Virus record (IMG/VR): IMGVR_UViG_3300017527_000643
Span: 29,972 to 93,971 of that record
Length of the DNA: 64,000 nt
Reading direction: 5' to 3' (one strand)
From: a virus
Numbering within the stretch: the stretch's first letter is position 1; every line of letters starts with the position of its first letter. Shown here one piece after another: positions 10,167 to 20,903 of this stretch. A program made the translations under genes and the position numbers. Under the pieces are notes generated by a model. The model saw only the letters and a list, made by a program, of their open reading frames with translations. It had not been told where the DNA came from and ran no database searches.

Positions 10167-12503
10167 ATGGTAGCCTACACCTCACAAGCAAGCGGCGATT
10201 GGTCCAACGCTGGGACGTGGCTTCCTGGTGGTGGCCCTCCTATTGCTGGGGACACCGCTACGATTGCTGGCACACACATTGTTGAGATTGATGGAGATAC
10301 TACAGTAGGTACTTCACCAAACAATCAAACTACGTTTGTAGTTACTGTTCAAAATCGCGGTACATTAAGGTGGAAAGCCCCACCAACAGGCGATTGGACT
10401 TTTGAAGTTCGCGGTAATATGAAGATTGATGCAGGAGGCACCTTTCAGATAGGAAAATCTTCAAGCCCTATTCCAAACACGCGGACGGCTACACTTTATT
10501 TTCCATCGAATTTATCTTCCACCCACCATTGGAGATTGAACAACGATGGTGATGTTGTTATCCACGGTGCACCAGATTACCGCCAGACTTCGGGGGTGCT
10601 TCGTGCACGGCTAGTAGGTAATGTTACCGCAAATCCTGGAACTCCCGTTGCTTTTCAAACAAATATTTCTACGGGCTGGCAAATGGGCGACACAGTATGG
10701 GTAGGGACAGGGGCAAGCCCTACAACTGCACCTACTGCGTGTGAACAGATTGTGATTGCAACTGCCCCTGGTGCTACTTCTTATACCGCTGATTTTGCCA
10801 ATGATCATGTGGCTGGTGATGTGGTTGTTCATGACTCTGGCAATGTACTGATTAGAGGAGGAAGTGCCAGCCCCCTAAAGGGATTAACTTTATATTCAAC
10901 TTCCAGTACTACGCTTACAGCGGCAAACATTAAATACGACATACGGTGGGCACGTTTTCTTTATTGTGCAACGAGCACCACTGACTCACGATCTGCTATA
11001 TATTTTGCATGCTCACCATCGACAATAACCAATGCACATTTTGATCCTAACAATTTCGTACTGGAGGGGTGTATATTTAGCGATCCTGCCACAACTGCAA
11101 CGCCTGGGAAAGTACTCTATTTTCAGTGCACCCTTGATTTGGAAGATCAGCACACTATGATGGATAATTGCCATTGTTGGGATCACTATACCCTAGTTGA
11201 GCTTGCAAGTAATGTAAAAGGAAGACCTGTCATACACGATTGCAGTGCTATAGAAATGTTCGACGCTGGTATCCTTGCTGAATCATCTAATTTGGGGTTG
11301 TATGTAGATGGGTTTATATACGTATCGGATTCTACGTGGTCAGGTAGTGGTCGAATCGGAATTGAGGGGTGGGTCAGATCAGTAGTGAACACAGAAATTC
11401 ATAGAGGATATCACGGAATAAGTATAACTGATAGTGGCGTTCAAACCACACCTGAGTTGATGCTTTTTCGCAATGTTAAGATCTACAATGCTTATTACTC
11501 TGCAGTCACGCATCCTGACGCTCGTCGTGTGAGCATGATGTTTGATACTTGCGAAATTTACAACAATAGACAGAACGGCCTACAGTTTTCTGGAACTCAT
11601 GGAAGAATAGAAATTCTAAATTCCTCATTTGATGATTGTGGAAATGCTGCCTCTAATAAGGGCGCTGTTTATATGACCGGGAAGCCCCGATTGTTACGTT
11701 TCCATACCTGTACTTTCGGATTAAACGATAGAAACAACAATAACAATGTGCATATAGGGGGTACGCAGCTAGGTACAGGAGATTACCGGATTATTGCAGA
11801 GAACTGCACATTCAAAGAACCCGCGAATTGGGTTGCTGGATCGTACCGATGGGCTACAGATGTACATAAGTGGGCGCTTTCATTGGGTGGAGAAAGCAGC
11901 GCAGGAGATTGGCGCACACGCATGGACCAGACGCCCAATGTTTCTGCAGAGTATGTTGATTGTGGGGTCTTAGACTATTCCGATGTAGACCAGTGGCCAG
12001 TTCAATATCCGAATGTTACTCGATTAGCGGTCGGTGCTGGGGGTGGTGAAATTAGAAACGAAACGACTGAGATAATTGACAATACATTCCCAGCAGTCAA
12101 GCTACTACCATTTGGTCCTGCCATAGATTTTATTACAAGACACCGTTCAATATTGCTCCCGTTGACCGCAGGCCAGACGCTGACGGTTACATTATCTATG
12201 AAGAAAACAGCAGATGGCTTAGCCTACCTTCCTGGGATATTCTTGGAAGGACTTGGGATTAATGATGAATCACGCATGACTGCCGCATTGTTAAACACAT
12301 GGGAAGAACTATCTGTTACTGGAACCGCTCAGTGGACTGGTGTGGCTGAATTTTACATATCAGGCGGTTCGAATGTAAATGACCCTTCTGTAACGTTTGG
12401 CGATGACTACTATTCACCACCAGATCCAACCGTCCCTGCGGATTGGGATACCATGTTCGGTTGCAAAGTTTATGCTGATGGGTTCAGCATTACGGTGACG
12501 TAA
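10167..12503 (+). CDS. Tail fibre / receptor-binding protein (G8-like N-terminus, pectin-lyase-like beta-helix)
   Basis: SGDWSNAGTW...GPPIAGDTATI N-terminus, Cys/Asn-ladder beta-helix repeats, C-terminal WEELSVTGTA module; paralog of the next gene. Confidence 0.6.
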   Translation: MVAYTSQASGDWSNAGTWLPGGGPPIAGDTATIAGTHIVEIDGDTTVGTSPNNQTTFVVTVQNRGTLRWKAPPTGDWTFEVRGNMKIDAGGTFQIGKSSSPIPNTRTATLYFPSNLSSTHHWRLNNDGDVVIHGAPDYRQTSGVLRARLVGNVTANPGTPVAFQTNISTGWQMGDTVWVGTGASPTTAPTACEQIVIATAPGATSYTADFANDHVAGDVVVHDSGNVLIRGGSASPLKGLTLYSTSSTTLTAANIKYDIRWARFLYCATSTTDSRSAIYFACSPSTITNAHFDPNNFVLEGCIFSDPATTATPGKVLYFQCTLDLEDQHTMMDNCHCWDHYTLVELASNVKGRPVIHDCSAIEMFDAGILAESSNLGLYVDGFIYVSDSTWSGSGRIGIEGWVRSVVNTEIHRGYHGISITDSGVQTTPELMLFRNVKIYNAYYSAVTHPDARRVSMMFDTCEIYNNRQNGLQFSGTHGRIEILNSSFDDCGNAASNKGAVYMTGKPRLLRFHTCTFGLNDRNNNNNVHIGGTQLGTGDYRIIAENCTFKEPANWVAGSYRWATDVHKWALSLGGESSAGDWRTRMDQTPNVSAEYVDCGVLDYSDVDQWPVQYPNVTRLAVGAGGGEIRNETTEIIDNTFPAVKLLPFGPAIDFITRHRSILLPLTAGQTLTVTLSMKKTADGLAYLPGIFLEGLGINDESRMTAALLNTWEELSVTGTAQWTGVAEFYISGGSNVNDPSVTFGDDYYSPPDPTVPADWDTMFGCKVYADGFSITVT

Positions 12504-15269
12504 ATGGTTGCTTACGTATCCAATACATTGGCGAGTAGTGGAATATGGAATAACCCATTATCATGGCTACCCGTTGGCGTACCTGCACTCGGAGATTCGG
12601 CGCTAATTCAGGCAAATCATACCATAGAAATAACAGCTAATCATTCGATTGGTACCGACCCCAATGCTGATATGGGCGGTAGTCCTGGTGCGTGGACGAA
12701 TGCTGATCTTATTGTTTATGGTTTGTTGAAGTGGGCGGATAACCCAGGTGCGAACCTTACACTTTTAGTTCAAACTAACGTAGTTTTAGATGGTGCAACG
12801 GGTGGGGGCTTAGGTCGTTTTAGAATTGGGCAGAGTGCAGGAAGCCCCCTACCATCGAATAGAACTGCAACAGTACACTTTACAAGTTTAGCTGGATACC
12901 AATATCGAATGCACATTTGGCACGGGGAATTTGTGACACATGGTGCGGTTGCATACCATATGGCAGATGCTACAAGCCAGCGTACAAAGTTAACGGCTGC
13001 TCCGACTACGATTAGTCAATCCGCTAATCAGGTTGCAGTAGCAGATGATGGGGGGGCGCTTACTACTGAAACTGTGGAAGCAAATGACGCCACGGCCAAT
13101 GATATGACACTACTGCCTGCAGTTCCTGCAATGAACGACGCATATTATTGGGGAGATGATGGTAAATTTGCTAAATTGGTGCTCAATCAAGGAACAGCCG
13201 GGGCTGGTACTTGGACGATTTATTGGGAATATTATAATGGAGTAGCTTGGAATAGAATATTAACTCCTGATGGTAATAATCAATCATATGCATTTAAATC
13301 TTCTGGAACGCAAACTATTGAATGGCAAATACCTGGAGATTGGATAAAGACTTCGGTAAACGGCATTAGCGCTTATTGGATTCGTGCGCGTGTAAATTCA
13401 TACTCAGCGGTCACAACACAACCATTGGGTACACAATCTTGGCCATATATATCGGATGCTCCAACTATTTCTTTAGATGACGCTGTAGATTGGTCTGTGG
13501 GGGATGAGCTTGTTGTTGGTCAGGGAGGGGATAAGACCGCTGTTATGTGGACTGCTCCTGGTCCTACACAATCGGGCGATTGGGGAATAGAAAAAACAAC
13601 AATTACGGGTAAAACAGACGCATCAAATTACACATTGGATAGTTTAGCATTTGACCATCAAGCAGGCGATTTTGTGATTCAGTTGGATCGTAATATTATA
13701 ATAAAAGGAGATGCGATCTTACGTGGATTCGTAATTTATGTTCCTAACCACTCTGGTACAGATGATTGGGTAATAGATATTAATTGGACAAAGTTTCAAT
13801 TTATCGGAAGAAGTTCCCCCCCAACAACTTCTGCGGGTTTTAATATTAATCAGGCGATACTCACTGATGGAAATTTAAATATAAAAGATACTGTTCTAGA
13901 TACATGTGCAGGAGGCCAGCCACCTAGTCTTGGTCGGGTGCTACTCATGAATGACTGCACATGCAAAGCAACAACTGATTTGTGTGATGAACTTCATTTT
14001 GTTTTAGCACAAGAAGGCATTCTGAACAATAACTGCGACGGTCGATTCCCGTATGGACATCTTTCATTTATAGGTATTTTTGAAACATGTGTTACGAACA
14101 CCTCTGCATTAGATTTGCAAAGTTTTTGGTCTTCTAATCTTGCTAGAAATCCTGCGTCAGCTAACCAGTATACATTTTCAGGAAATGCTGGAACCGTTCG
14201 TGTGTATAGTGGAGAACATCACTGCGGGGCTGGCGTAGCAGAAATGTCTACAGGAACAACCTATGATAAATTCGGTGGCATTTTTGAAAATATAAAAGCT
14301 TATCATAGCAGGTTGCGTGGAATTACTATAAATAGCCATGCTTTAATTTTTTTCATACGTAACTGCGAATTCTATAATGGATCGGTTGGAATATACATAA
14401 TATCTGATGATAATTGTATGACAATTGTAGAAAATACTTCATTTGATGATTGTGACACAGAGGCAAGCAATACAGGTGCAGTTGTTGTTGCTAGCGATAT
14501 GAACATGAAATTTAGAAACTGCACTTTTGGTACTGTAACAAGAAATTTTCATAATATGATTTTTACCGCTACAGCCCCTTGGATAAATAATGGCGGTACA
14601 TGCGTTTTTGAAAATTGCATTATTAAAGAACCTACCTATTCAACGGCTGTCGCAGGCCCAGATTGGGGCATCCGTCAATGGATCTGGTGGGAAAGTAATT
14701 TGGACGATTATGATGATCTAAGTCTTTGGAATAGGATGTGTGCATATGAATTAGCTGATGTTCAATTGTTGAATAGCAGCGGCGTAAACCAATGGTCTAC
14801 ATTATTCGGGACTGCTTCTCGTGTGATTATTTCTGGCGGGCGTGGGGAAGTGCACCAAGAAGCAAGCACTATCATCGATAATTCGTTTGCGATTAAGCTA
14901 ATTCCGTTTAGTTGCGTAGCTGAATTTTCAGGAACCCACTATCATCCATTGGAAATCCCGGTGGATTCCGGTCAAACAATTACTGTGAAGCTGTCATTGC
15001 AAAAGAACACATCGCTTCCAACCGGGCGGCGTCCAGCAATTCACCTGTTTGGTTTGGGAATCGATGAAGAATCAGAGATGTCGAATGTGAATAATAGCTG
15101 GGAAGAATTGACTGTATCAGGAACAGCATCTGTTAGTGGTTTTGTACGTTTTTGGGTGAGTGGCGGGTATAACACTCATGATAGTTCGAGCCTTGATAAT
15201 TTTTTACGGTCTGATCCATTAGGCACCGTGTTTGCCTACGCTGATGGATTAGATGTGACAATTAGCTAG
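12504..15269 (+). CDS. Tail fibre / receptor-binding protein, paralog of 10167-12503 with extra inserted domain
   Basis: Shared NRTATVHF, DHQAGD, NTSFDDC, CTFG, IIDNSFAIKLIPF, WEELTVSGTA and YADG termini. Confidence 0.6.
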   Translation: MVAYVSNTLASSGIWNNPLSWLPVGVPALGDSALIQANHTIEITANHSIGTDPNADMGGSPGAWTNADLIVYGLLKWADNPGANLTLLVQTNVVLDGATGGGLGRFRIGQSAGSPLPSNRTATVHFTSLAGYQYRMHIWHGEFVTHGAVAYHMADATSQRTKLTAAPTTISQSANQVAVADDGGALTTETVEANDATANDMTLLPAVPAMNDAYYWGDDGKFAKLVLNQGTAGAGTWTIYWEYYNGVAWNRILTPDGNNQSYAFKSSGTQTIEWQIPGDWIKTSVNGISAYWIRARVNSYSAVTTQPLGTQSWPYISDAPTISLDDAVDWSVGDELVVGQGGDKTAVMWTAPGPTQSGDWGIEKTTITGKTDASNYTLDSLAFDHQAGDFVIQLDRNIIIKGDAILRGFVIYVPNHSGTDDWVIDINWTKFQFIGRSSPPTTSAGFNINQAILTDGNLNIKDTVLDTCAGGQPPSLGRVLLMNDCTCKATTDLCDELHFVLAQEGILNNNCDGRFPYGHLSFIGIFETCVTNTSALDLQSFWSSNLARNPASANQYTFSGNAGTVRVYSGEHHCGAGVAEMSTGTTYDKFGGIFENIKAYHSRLRGITINSHALIFFIRNCEFYNGSVGIYIISDDNCMTIVENTSFDDCDTEASNTGAVVVASDMNMKFRNCTFGTVTRNFHNMIFTATAPWINNGGTCVFENCIIKEPTYSTAVAGPDWGIRQWIWWESNLDDYDDLSLWNRMCAYELADVQLLNSSGVNQWSTLFGTASRVIISGGRGEVHQEASTIIDNSFAIKLIPFSCVAEFSGTHYHPLEIPVDSGQTITVKLSLQKNTSLPTGRRPAIHLFGLGIDEESEMSNVNNSWEELTVSGTASVSGFVRFWVSGGYNTHDSSSLDNFLRSDPLGTVFAYADGLDVTIS

Positions 15270-15277
15270 AGGTTATT

Positions 15278-17059
15278 TTGGTAGACTGGCGCGGAGCACA
15301 CCCGTTTTATCTTTGGTTTTCTGAAACGGGTTTATTTGACGGCGGATTCCCTATGGGAACCGGCTCGTTTGCCTATCCGTCGCTAGTGCTTTCTCCTACA
15401 AGCCTGACTTTCAATGCTGTACTCACGCGGGCTGACCCGCAGATACAGACTGTTCAAGTAACTAATGGTGGAGGAGGCACCCTAAATAACATTTCAATTT
15501 CAGAAGGAGCAGATTGGCTTGTAGTTTGGATTGGTGGGAGCGGTGACACTCAGCGGATAATGAACCGCGTAGATATCGAAGGACTTGAGCTAGGAACATA
15601 CACAGCAACTGTGACTGTTTCTTGTAGCAATGCTGATAACTCTCCAATTACTTATTTAGTAACTCTGACTATTGGTATTCATGCTGATTCTACACCACTG
15701 GAACCAAGCATTATTATCTGGGTTGCTACAACGGGCAACGACACTACAGGAACAGGATCGCAGACCAATCCATATTTGACAATTGAAAGAGCGCTTCAAG
15801 ATTTTGTTAGTGGTAGCCAAATTCGTATCGTGCAGGGGACATATACTCCAACGGATACAATTGCGATTAACAATTTAGAGGGATCGATATTCTCGGAAAC
15901 GCCTGGTGGAGCAATAATTCAACCACAAATGACTTCGCAGTATGGGGCAGCAATTGCAATAACAAACTCGTCTAGATTTACAGTGCAGGGTGTACATATA
16001 AAGCAATCAACAGAAACAGTCACAGCAACTTCAGTTCCTAATACCGTTGGGTTGTATGCAACTGCTGTTCAAAACTTTGTGGCGCATACAGTTACTGTTT
16101 CAGATTTCTCTTGCCCATCTGGTTGTGCAGGGATCTGGGCAATAGGATCTGGCCGCATACAGGATTGTGTGATTGAAGATATAACCATTGATAATGGAGA
16201 TCTTTACGGAATTTACGCAAATGGGATCAGTGTTATAGATAATACTGTTAGGAGATTGATAGATAGAGGAAATAGCAGCGCTTCGGGGATATACGTAATA
16301 AATGACTATACACCACCTAGTCCTACACCTACGCCCCCTTCTGGTCCTTTTGGCGGTCACGCAACTCTAACTAACGATTTGGTCCTTTATTATATGTGTA
16401 ATGATGATGCTGCTAATACAACTGTTCTAGATTCAACTCCAAATAATTATGATGCAGCGTCGTTACATGATACTGATGAAATGGCAGATGTTGACGCGCC
16501 CGCTGGTGCATCAAATTCATTTTCAACTAAATTTGCAGTTATTGGAAAACATTCTTGGACAATACCAAACATTTCAGGCGAATGGAATAATGATGCAACT
16601 GATGAAGCAACTTTAGTATTGTGGCTAAAGTTAGTCGATGCAACACCGTCAGCAACAACGAGAACTGGCATTTGTCATTTGTCAACCGGTATTGGTTCAG
16701 CATCTGTTTACCCATGGACTGATGGTAAACTCTACATGGGACAATTTCATAATGTGCGTGCAGACGCAATTGTGCCAGATGCAACAGTTGATCGTGAAAC
16801 TTGGCATATGTTAACAATTACTGAAAAAAGTGGTACTGGAAATTATAAATGGTATCAAAATTTGATTGAAATTCTTTCGACTGGTGGTGTCGGTTTTATA
16901 GGAGGTAGGTTAGATAGTGCCGGTTTGCTATTTGGAAAATCCAATGGTCCTTATTATTTTGATGGGAACATGATGGGAATAGGTATTTGGAACAGAGTTT
17001 TGACGACTCAGGAAAGAACTGATCTGTACAACGGTGGAGATGGTTTATTTTATAGCTAG
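15278..17059 (+). CDS. Virion fibre protein: BACON/Ig-like + DUF1565-like beta-helix + LamG domain
   Basis: SPTSLTF...ADWL...GTYTATVTV; WVATTGNDTTGTGSQTNPYLTIERAL; C-terminal LamG GIWNRVLT; TTG start after GAGG. Confidence 0.6.
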   Translation: MVDWRGAHPFYLWFSETGLFDGGFPMGTGSFAYPSLVLSPTSLTFNAVLTRADPQIQTVQVTNGGGGTLNNISISEGADWLVVWIGGSGDTQRIMNRVDIEGLELGTYTATVTVSCSNADNSPITYLVTLTIGIHADSTPLEPSIIIWVATTGNDTTGTGSQTNPYLTIERALQDFVSGSQIRIVQGTYTPTDTIAINNLEGSIFSETPGGAIIQPQMTSQYGAAIAITNSSRFTVQGVHIKQSTETVTATSVPNTVGLYATAVQNFVAHTVTVSDFSCPSGCAGIWAIGSGRIQDCVIEDITIDNGDLYGIYANGISVIDNTVRRLIDRGNSSASGIYVINDYTPPSPTPTPPSGPFGGHATLTNDLVLYYMCNDDAANTTVLDSTPNNYDAASLHDTDEMADVDAPAGASNSFSTKFAVIGKHSWTIPNISGEWNNDATDEATLVLWLKLVDATPSATTRTGICHLSTGIGSASVYPWTDGKLYMGQFHNVRADAIVPDATVDRETWHMLTITEKSGTGNYKWYQNLIEILSTGGVGFIGGRLDSAGLLFGKSNGPYYFDGNMMGIGIWNRVLTTQERTDLYNGGDGLFYS

Positions 17060-17072
17060 AAGGTTTATATAG

Positions 17073-19127
17073 ATGACGACTTGGCCATCCATATATGCAG
17101 CTTGGTGGGAATTTTCTGCACTTAACAATGTAGATATTACATCTAAAGCTCCCGATCAAACTGCATTCGATCTGGTTGTTAATGATCACTTCTCTTGGGT
17201 GGCAGTAGTAGATCTAGTCAGTACAGCAGACGCTGAATATGCTTGGAAATGGAATGGCATCGGGCGTGGCTGGTACGGACGCAGCACGGTTGCAAATACA
17301 GTTATGCACTATCAAGGAGCAGCCGGTCAAGGTGAGCCACTAATTGCTGGCCCACCCCCCACTGGCGAAAAATTATTAATAGCAGGTGTACTGGAGAATA
17401 TTGGTCCTGATACCTATGATTGTTATGGTTATCGTATCTCTGTTTCGGGAGGGACCGAAACAGACAGTGATTTAGGTAGACTCCTTGGAGGAGTCACTAC
17501 TTTTACGGATTTTCATTTATGGGGTCACCCTGCAGACAACCGTAATCTGGATGGCAAAGCTTATAACTTTTCAATTTGGAAAGGAACAGCACTATCGCAA
17601 GCACAATGTGAGCAGATCTTCACCGAAGCTATTCATCCTACGGATGTTCCTAATTTATTTTTCATGTGGGACGGTTGGCGGGTTCCTTCTCCCGAATACG
17701 ACCCCGAATACCCGGAGGATTCGGTTTCTTACCTCTTAGACGTGTCTGCACCACCTATAGGGTACAGTGGTCCACCCCCAACACCAACGCCTCCGACACC
17801 CCCATCACCTGAACTTCCCCACGCAGACCCTTCTCCATGGCCCCCTGATAGCATTATAATTTGGGTGTCTAAGGAAGGAAGTGACACGACAGGAACAGGC
17901 AGTCAGCAGGAGCCGTACCTGACGATAGAACGCGCCTTTCTGGACTTTACAGCAGGTGATCAGATTCGAATTTTGGATGGGACGTACACGCCAGCCGATA
18001 CGATAGTTTTTGATGGTGTGCCCGGTTCGCTATTTGCTGAAAATCCAAATGAAGTTACGATTCAACCACAGCGAACATCACAATATGGGACCGCATTGGC
18101 AATTTTGAATTCGGATAGATTTACTGTTCAAGGAATAAACATATTACAATCGACAGAGACACAAACAGCTACGTCTGTTGTTAATAATGTAGGTTTATAT
18201 GCAAACAATGTAGAAAATTTCCATGCGTATACTTGTTCAATAAGCGGTTTTGATTGCCCGTCTGGTTGTGCTGGTATTTGGGCAAGTGGTACAGGGCGGA
18301 TTGAAAATTGCACTGTAAGTGACCTAGCTATTGATAATGGGAATTTATATGGAATTTACGCTAATGGGATGAGCATACTAGATAATGAGATCACAGAACT
18401 TATTGACAGAGGATCAAGCGGCGTTTACGGGATGTACGCCATAGACGATTACACCCCACCTGGACCACCTACGCCGCCTACGCCACCTGTATACCCACCG
18501 TTTGATGGGCACCATTCCTTAGTTGTTGACTTGTGGGCCTATTACTCCCTGGACGCACCAGATGGGGCCGATTCGACCGGAAAGCACGATGCTGTTCCTA
18601 CGGGTGCACCAGTCTCTGTGCCGGGTAAACACAATAACGCAATAGACTTTACGATTGCGAACAACTATTTCGATATTGGCGAAACCGGCGCTGACGCAGC
18701 GTGGTCGGTGTCCTGTTGGCTCTATATGCCAAGTACCCGTGGCTGGGCTGGTACTGGGGTTGTTCTGAGCAGCGTAGCGCACGGGTACACTTCGTATGTG
18801 GATACAAATGGTAATCCGGGGATGTACGTTGGTGGTGCTTCTCCATGGCAGACTCATGTAACAAGTTTGGGTACAGATGCGTGGAAACACGTTGTGTACA
18901 GCCAGACCACCGGAGGATTTTACGTTGTGATTGATGGTGACTGGGCTGGAAGGTTATCCGGTGTTGCTCCGGGCAAGACAATGGGGCCAGACAACCTTGG
19001 TGCAGACGGCAATGGGTTCAACGGGCTGAGGTGCTATGGAGATGAAGTTGGGATTTGGTCAAGGGTGCTAACTCAGGCCGAAGTTGAGGAGTTGTACAAC
19101 GCAGGCGCTGGATTGTTTTATTCGTGA
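17073..19127 (+). CDS. Virion fibre protein: LamG-like + DUF1565-like beta-helix + LamG domain
   Basis: WVSKEGSDTTGTGSQQEPYLTIERAF; Pro/Thr linkers; DEVGIWSRVLT; paralog of the previous gene. Confidence 0.6.
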   Translation: MTTWPSIYAAWWEFSALNNVDITSKAPDQTAFDLVVNDHFSWVAVVDLVSTADAEYAWKWNGIGRGWYGRSTVANTVMHYQGAAGQGEPLIAGPPPTGEKLLIAGVLENIGPDTYDCYGYRISVSGGTETDSDLGRLLGGVTTFTDFHLWGHPADNRNLDGKAYNFSIWKGTALSQAQCEQIFTEAIHPTDVPNLFFMWDGWRVPSPEYDPEYPEDSVSYLLDVSAPPIGYSGPPPTPTPPTPPSPELPHADPSPWPPDSIIIWVSKEGSDTTGTGSQQEPYLTIERAFLDFTAGDQIRILDGTYTPADTIVFDGVPGSLFAENPNEVTIQPQRTSQYGTALAILNSDRFTVQGINILQSTETQTATSVVNNVGLYANNVENFHAYTCSISGFDCPSGCAGIWASGTGRIENCTVSDLAIDNGNLYGIYANGMSILDNEITELIDRGSSGVYGMYAIDDYTPPGPPTPPTPPVYPPFDGHHSLVVDLWAYYSLDAPDGADSTGKHDAVPTGAPVSVPGKHNNAIDFTIANNYFDIGETGADAAWSVSCWLYMPSTRGWAGTGVVLSSVAHGYTSYVDTNGNPGMYVGGASPWQTHVTSLGTDAWKHVVYSQTTGGFYVVIDGDWAGRLSGVAPGKTMGPDNLGADGNGFNGLRCYGDEVGIWSRVLTQAEVEELYNAGAGLFYS

Positions 19128-19232
19128 GATAACTATGACAGGTATTACAAGTGCATAAAGGCTAACGAATGTTGAATATCATAGGATTTTTTATGCTATA
19201 CTCAGCCGGTAAGTTTAGCTTTTAGGTGAAAA

Positions 19233-20894
19233 ATGCCAACTATTGAGCAATATTACCCGGATAATGTTTCCATAAACATGGACGATACTGTCTTTGTGCG
19301 CGGGAATAATGTGTCCGATATCACTGGAAACAATGCTATTGCATTTAAGCTACAGAATATCAAAAATCTTAGAGCCAAGAATAACAAAGCTATAAGAATC
19401 AGATCGCCACTTAACAATGCCAAGGGATTTGAAGTTTCGAACATTGAAGATGCTTATTTGCTCTATAATGTAGCCAGCAGAACAGACACTGGCTTCGATT
19501 TTTATACGTTAGAAAAGCTAAACGTTTTCAACATGACGGCACACAATTGCACATCTTGCACAACGGTTGCAGCTACTGGCAATTTCAATAATATTGCGTT
19601 TTCCGCATATCAGGATACTGCGCTATACCGGGTAGCAAAAGGATTTGAGATCGACCCTGCGTATTCGATTAATATTGATTACGTAATTCACTTTGGATTG
19701 GATACTTTAGTTGATGGGACAGCCGTTGAAGGCGATGAAATCTCAGAAAAGCAGATTCTCTATTTAGATGAACCAAATGACGACTTTACCCCTGATTACA
19801 TTTCTGAGCTAGTAAACACAGGTACTGAAAACCCAATCAGAGATGAATATATAGATACTGGAGGAATAGAAAGTTATGTAACCGATGAAGCAACTGCTGA
19901 CCGGAAGTATTGGTATGATATACTTGATAATGTTTTTTGGAATGTTGATGATACCCAATCAATAGAAGTAAGCTTCATTAAGGCTTTCCAAAGCAGGGTT
20001 CTTGCTAGTACAGAGGTCACGGTATCCCAAGTAGAGAATGACACACATTTAAAGTTTGCTGAATCTCTAACCAGATTTTCAGAACTTTATCCTATGTACG
20101 CACGCTACGCAAGTCAGACTAAATTCCACAAACGCGTCATGGATATGTGGTTTTCGGGACTGAACCCTGCGGTAGTTCAGTCTTACCAGAATGGAATTGG
20201 TGGCTACAATTTCTTACCATCTTTCTTCAAACGCATGGAAGACTATGAAGACGGGTGGATTATTGGAGTTTCCTATATAGCACATGATAATTGGCTGAAC
20301 AGCATGGAGGATTTGAAATACGGGATCGGCCTTGATGTATTGGGCACATCTACGATGAACCAAGCTACTTCAGGAGAATGCTACAACAACGTGATGAAGT
20401 CACTTGCCGATATCGCTCCTGTACGCTGGTTTTTGCATGATGAAGTTCAGCCAGATGGCTATTTAATGTTCACGGATATGTATAATAGTTTTGAGGGCTG
20501 CGTTTTAGACAACATGCATTATAACGATGATTTCAATATTTCTATTAATGAAGTAGGCGAAGATGGAGAAGCGGTTACACCAGTAATTAGAACAAGTACA
20601 GTTCTTCCATCAGGTGCGCCGTCTGGTTATGTTGAAGTTTCATTGCTGGACAGGACTTACAGTGAAAATACCACTCGTGAATTTTATTATAGGCAAGGAA
20701 CAAGCGAAGATACAATGCCTGCGTGGGAAGAAATTACGGACTGGATAGGGGGTGTTCTAACGATAGAACAGCCCTATGTACAATTTAAGATAAATGTTGA
20801 AAATGTAATTAGAGAAGTAGATTATGAATTCCAAGGAATAGGACTAAGACAATATTCGAGTGCCCGTGACTGGACTCGACCACAATCAGGGTAG
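19233..20894 (+). CDS. Putative baseplate wedge (tail protein I-like) protein with N-terminal beta-helix segment
   Basis: N-terminal Asn-rich beta-helix repeats; helical central part directly upstream of the main fibre gene; AGGTG RBS. Confidence 0.45.
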   Translation: MPTIEQYYPDNVSINMDDTVFVRGNNVSDITGNNAIAFKLQNIKNLRAKNNKAIRIRSPLNNAKGFEVSNIEDAYLLYNVASRTDTGFDFYTLEKLNVFNMTAHNCTSCTTVAATGNFNNIAFSAYQDTALYRVAKGFEIDPAYSINIDYVIHFGLDTLVDGTAVEGDEISEKQILYLDEPNDDFTPDYISELVNTGTENPIRDEYIDTGGIESYVTDEATADRKYWYDILDNVFWNVDDTQSIEVSFIKAFQSRVLASTEVTVSQVENDTHLKFAESLTRFSELYPMYARYASQTKFHKRVMDMWFSGLNPAVVQSYQNGIGGYNFLPSFFKRMEDYEDGWIIGVSYIAHDNWLNSMEDLKYGIGLDVLGTSTMNQATSGECYNNVMKSLADIAPVRWFLHDEVQPDGYLMFTDMYNSFEGCVLDNMHYNDDFNISINEVGEDGEAVTPVIRTSTVLPSGAPSGYVEVSLLDRTYSENTTREFYYRQGTSEDTMPAWEEITDWIGGVLTIEQPYVQFKINVENVIREVDYEFQGIGLRQYSSARDWTRPQSG

Positions 20895-20903
20895 AGGTAC
20901 GCT

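Noticed and set aside
15278-19127. Possible diversity-generating retroelement (similar fibre C-termini)
   Set aside because: No reverse transcriptase in the window; differences between the copies are not adenine-specific and both copies are coding paralogs.
19135-19218. Short MTGITSA ORF with apparent continuation past its stop (possible pseudogene)
   Set aside because: Too short and no recognisable similarity; the region is better explained as promoter-containing intergenic DNA.
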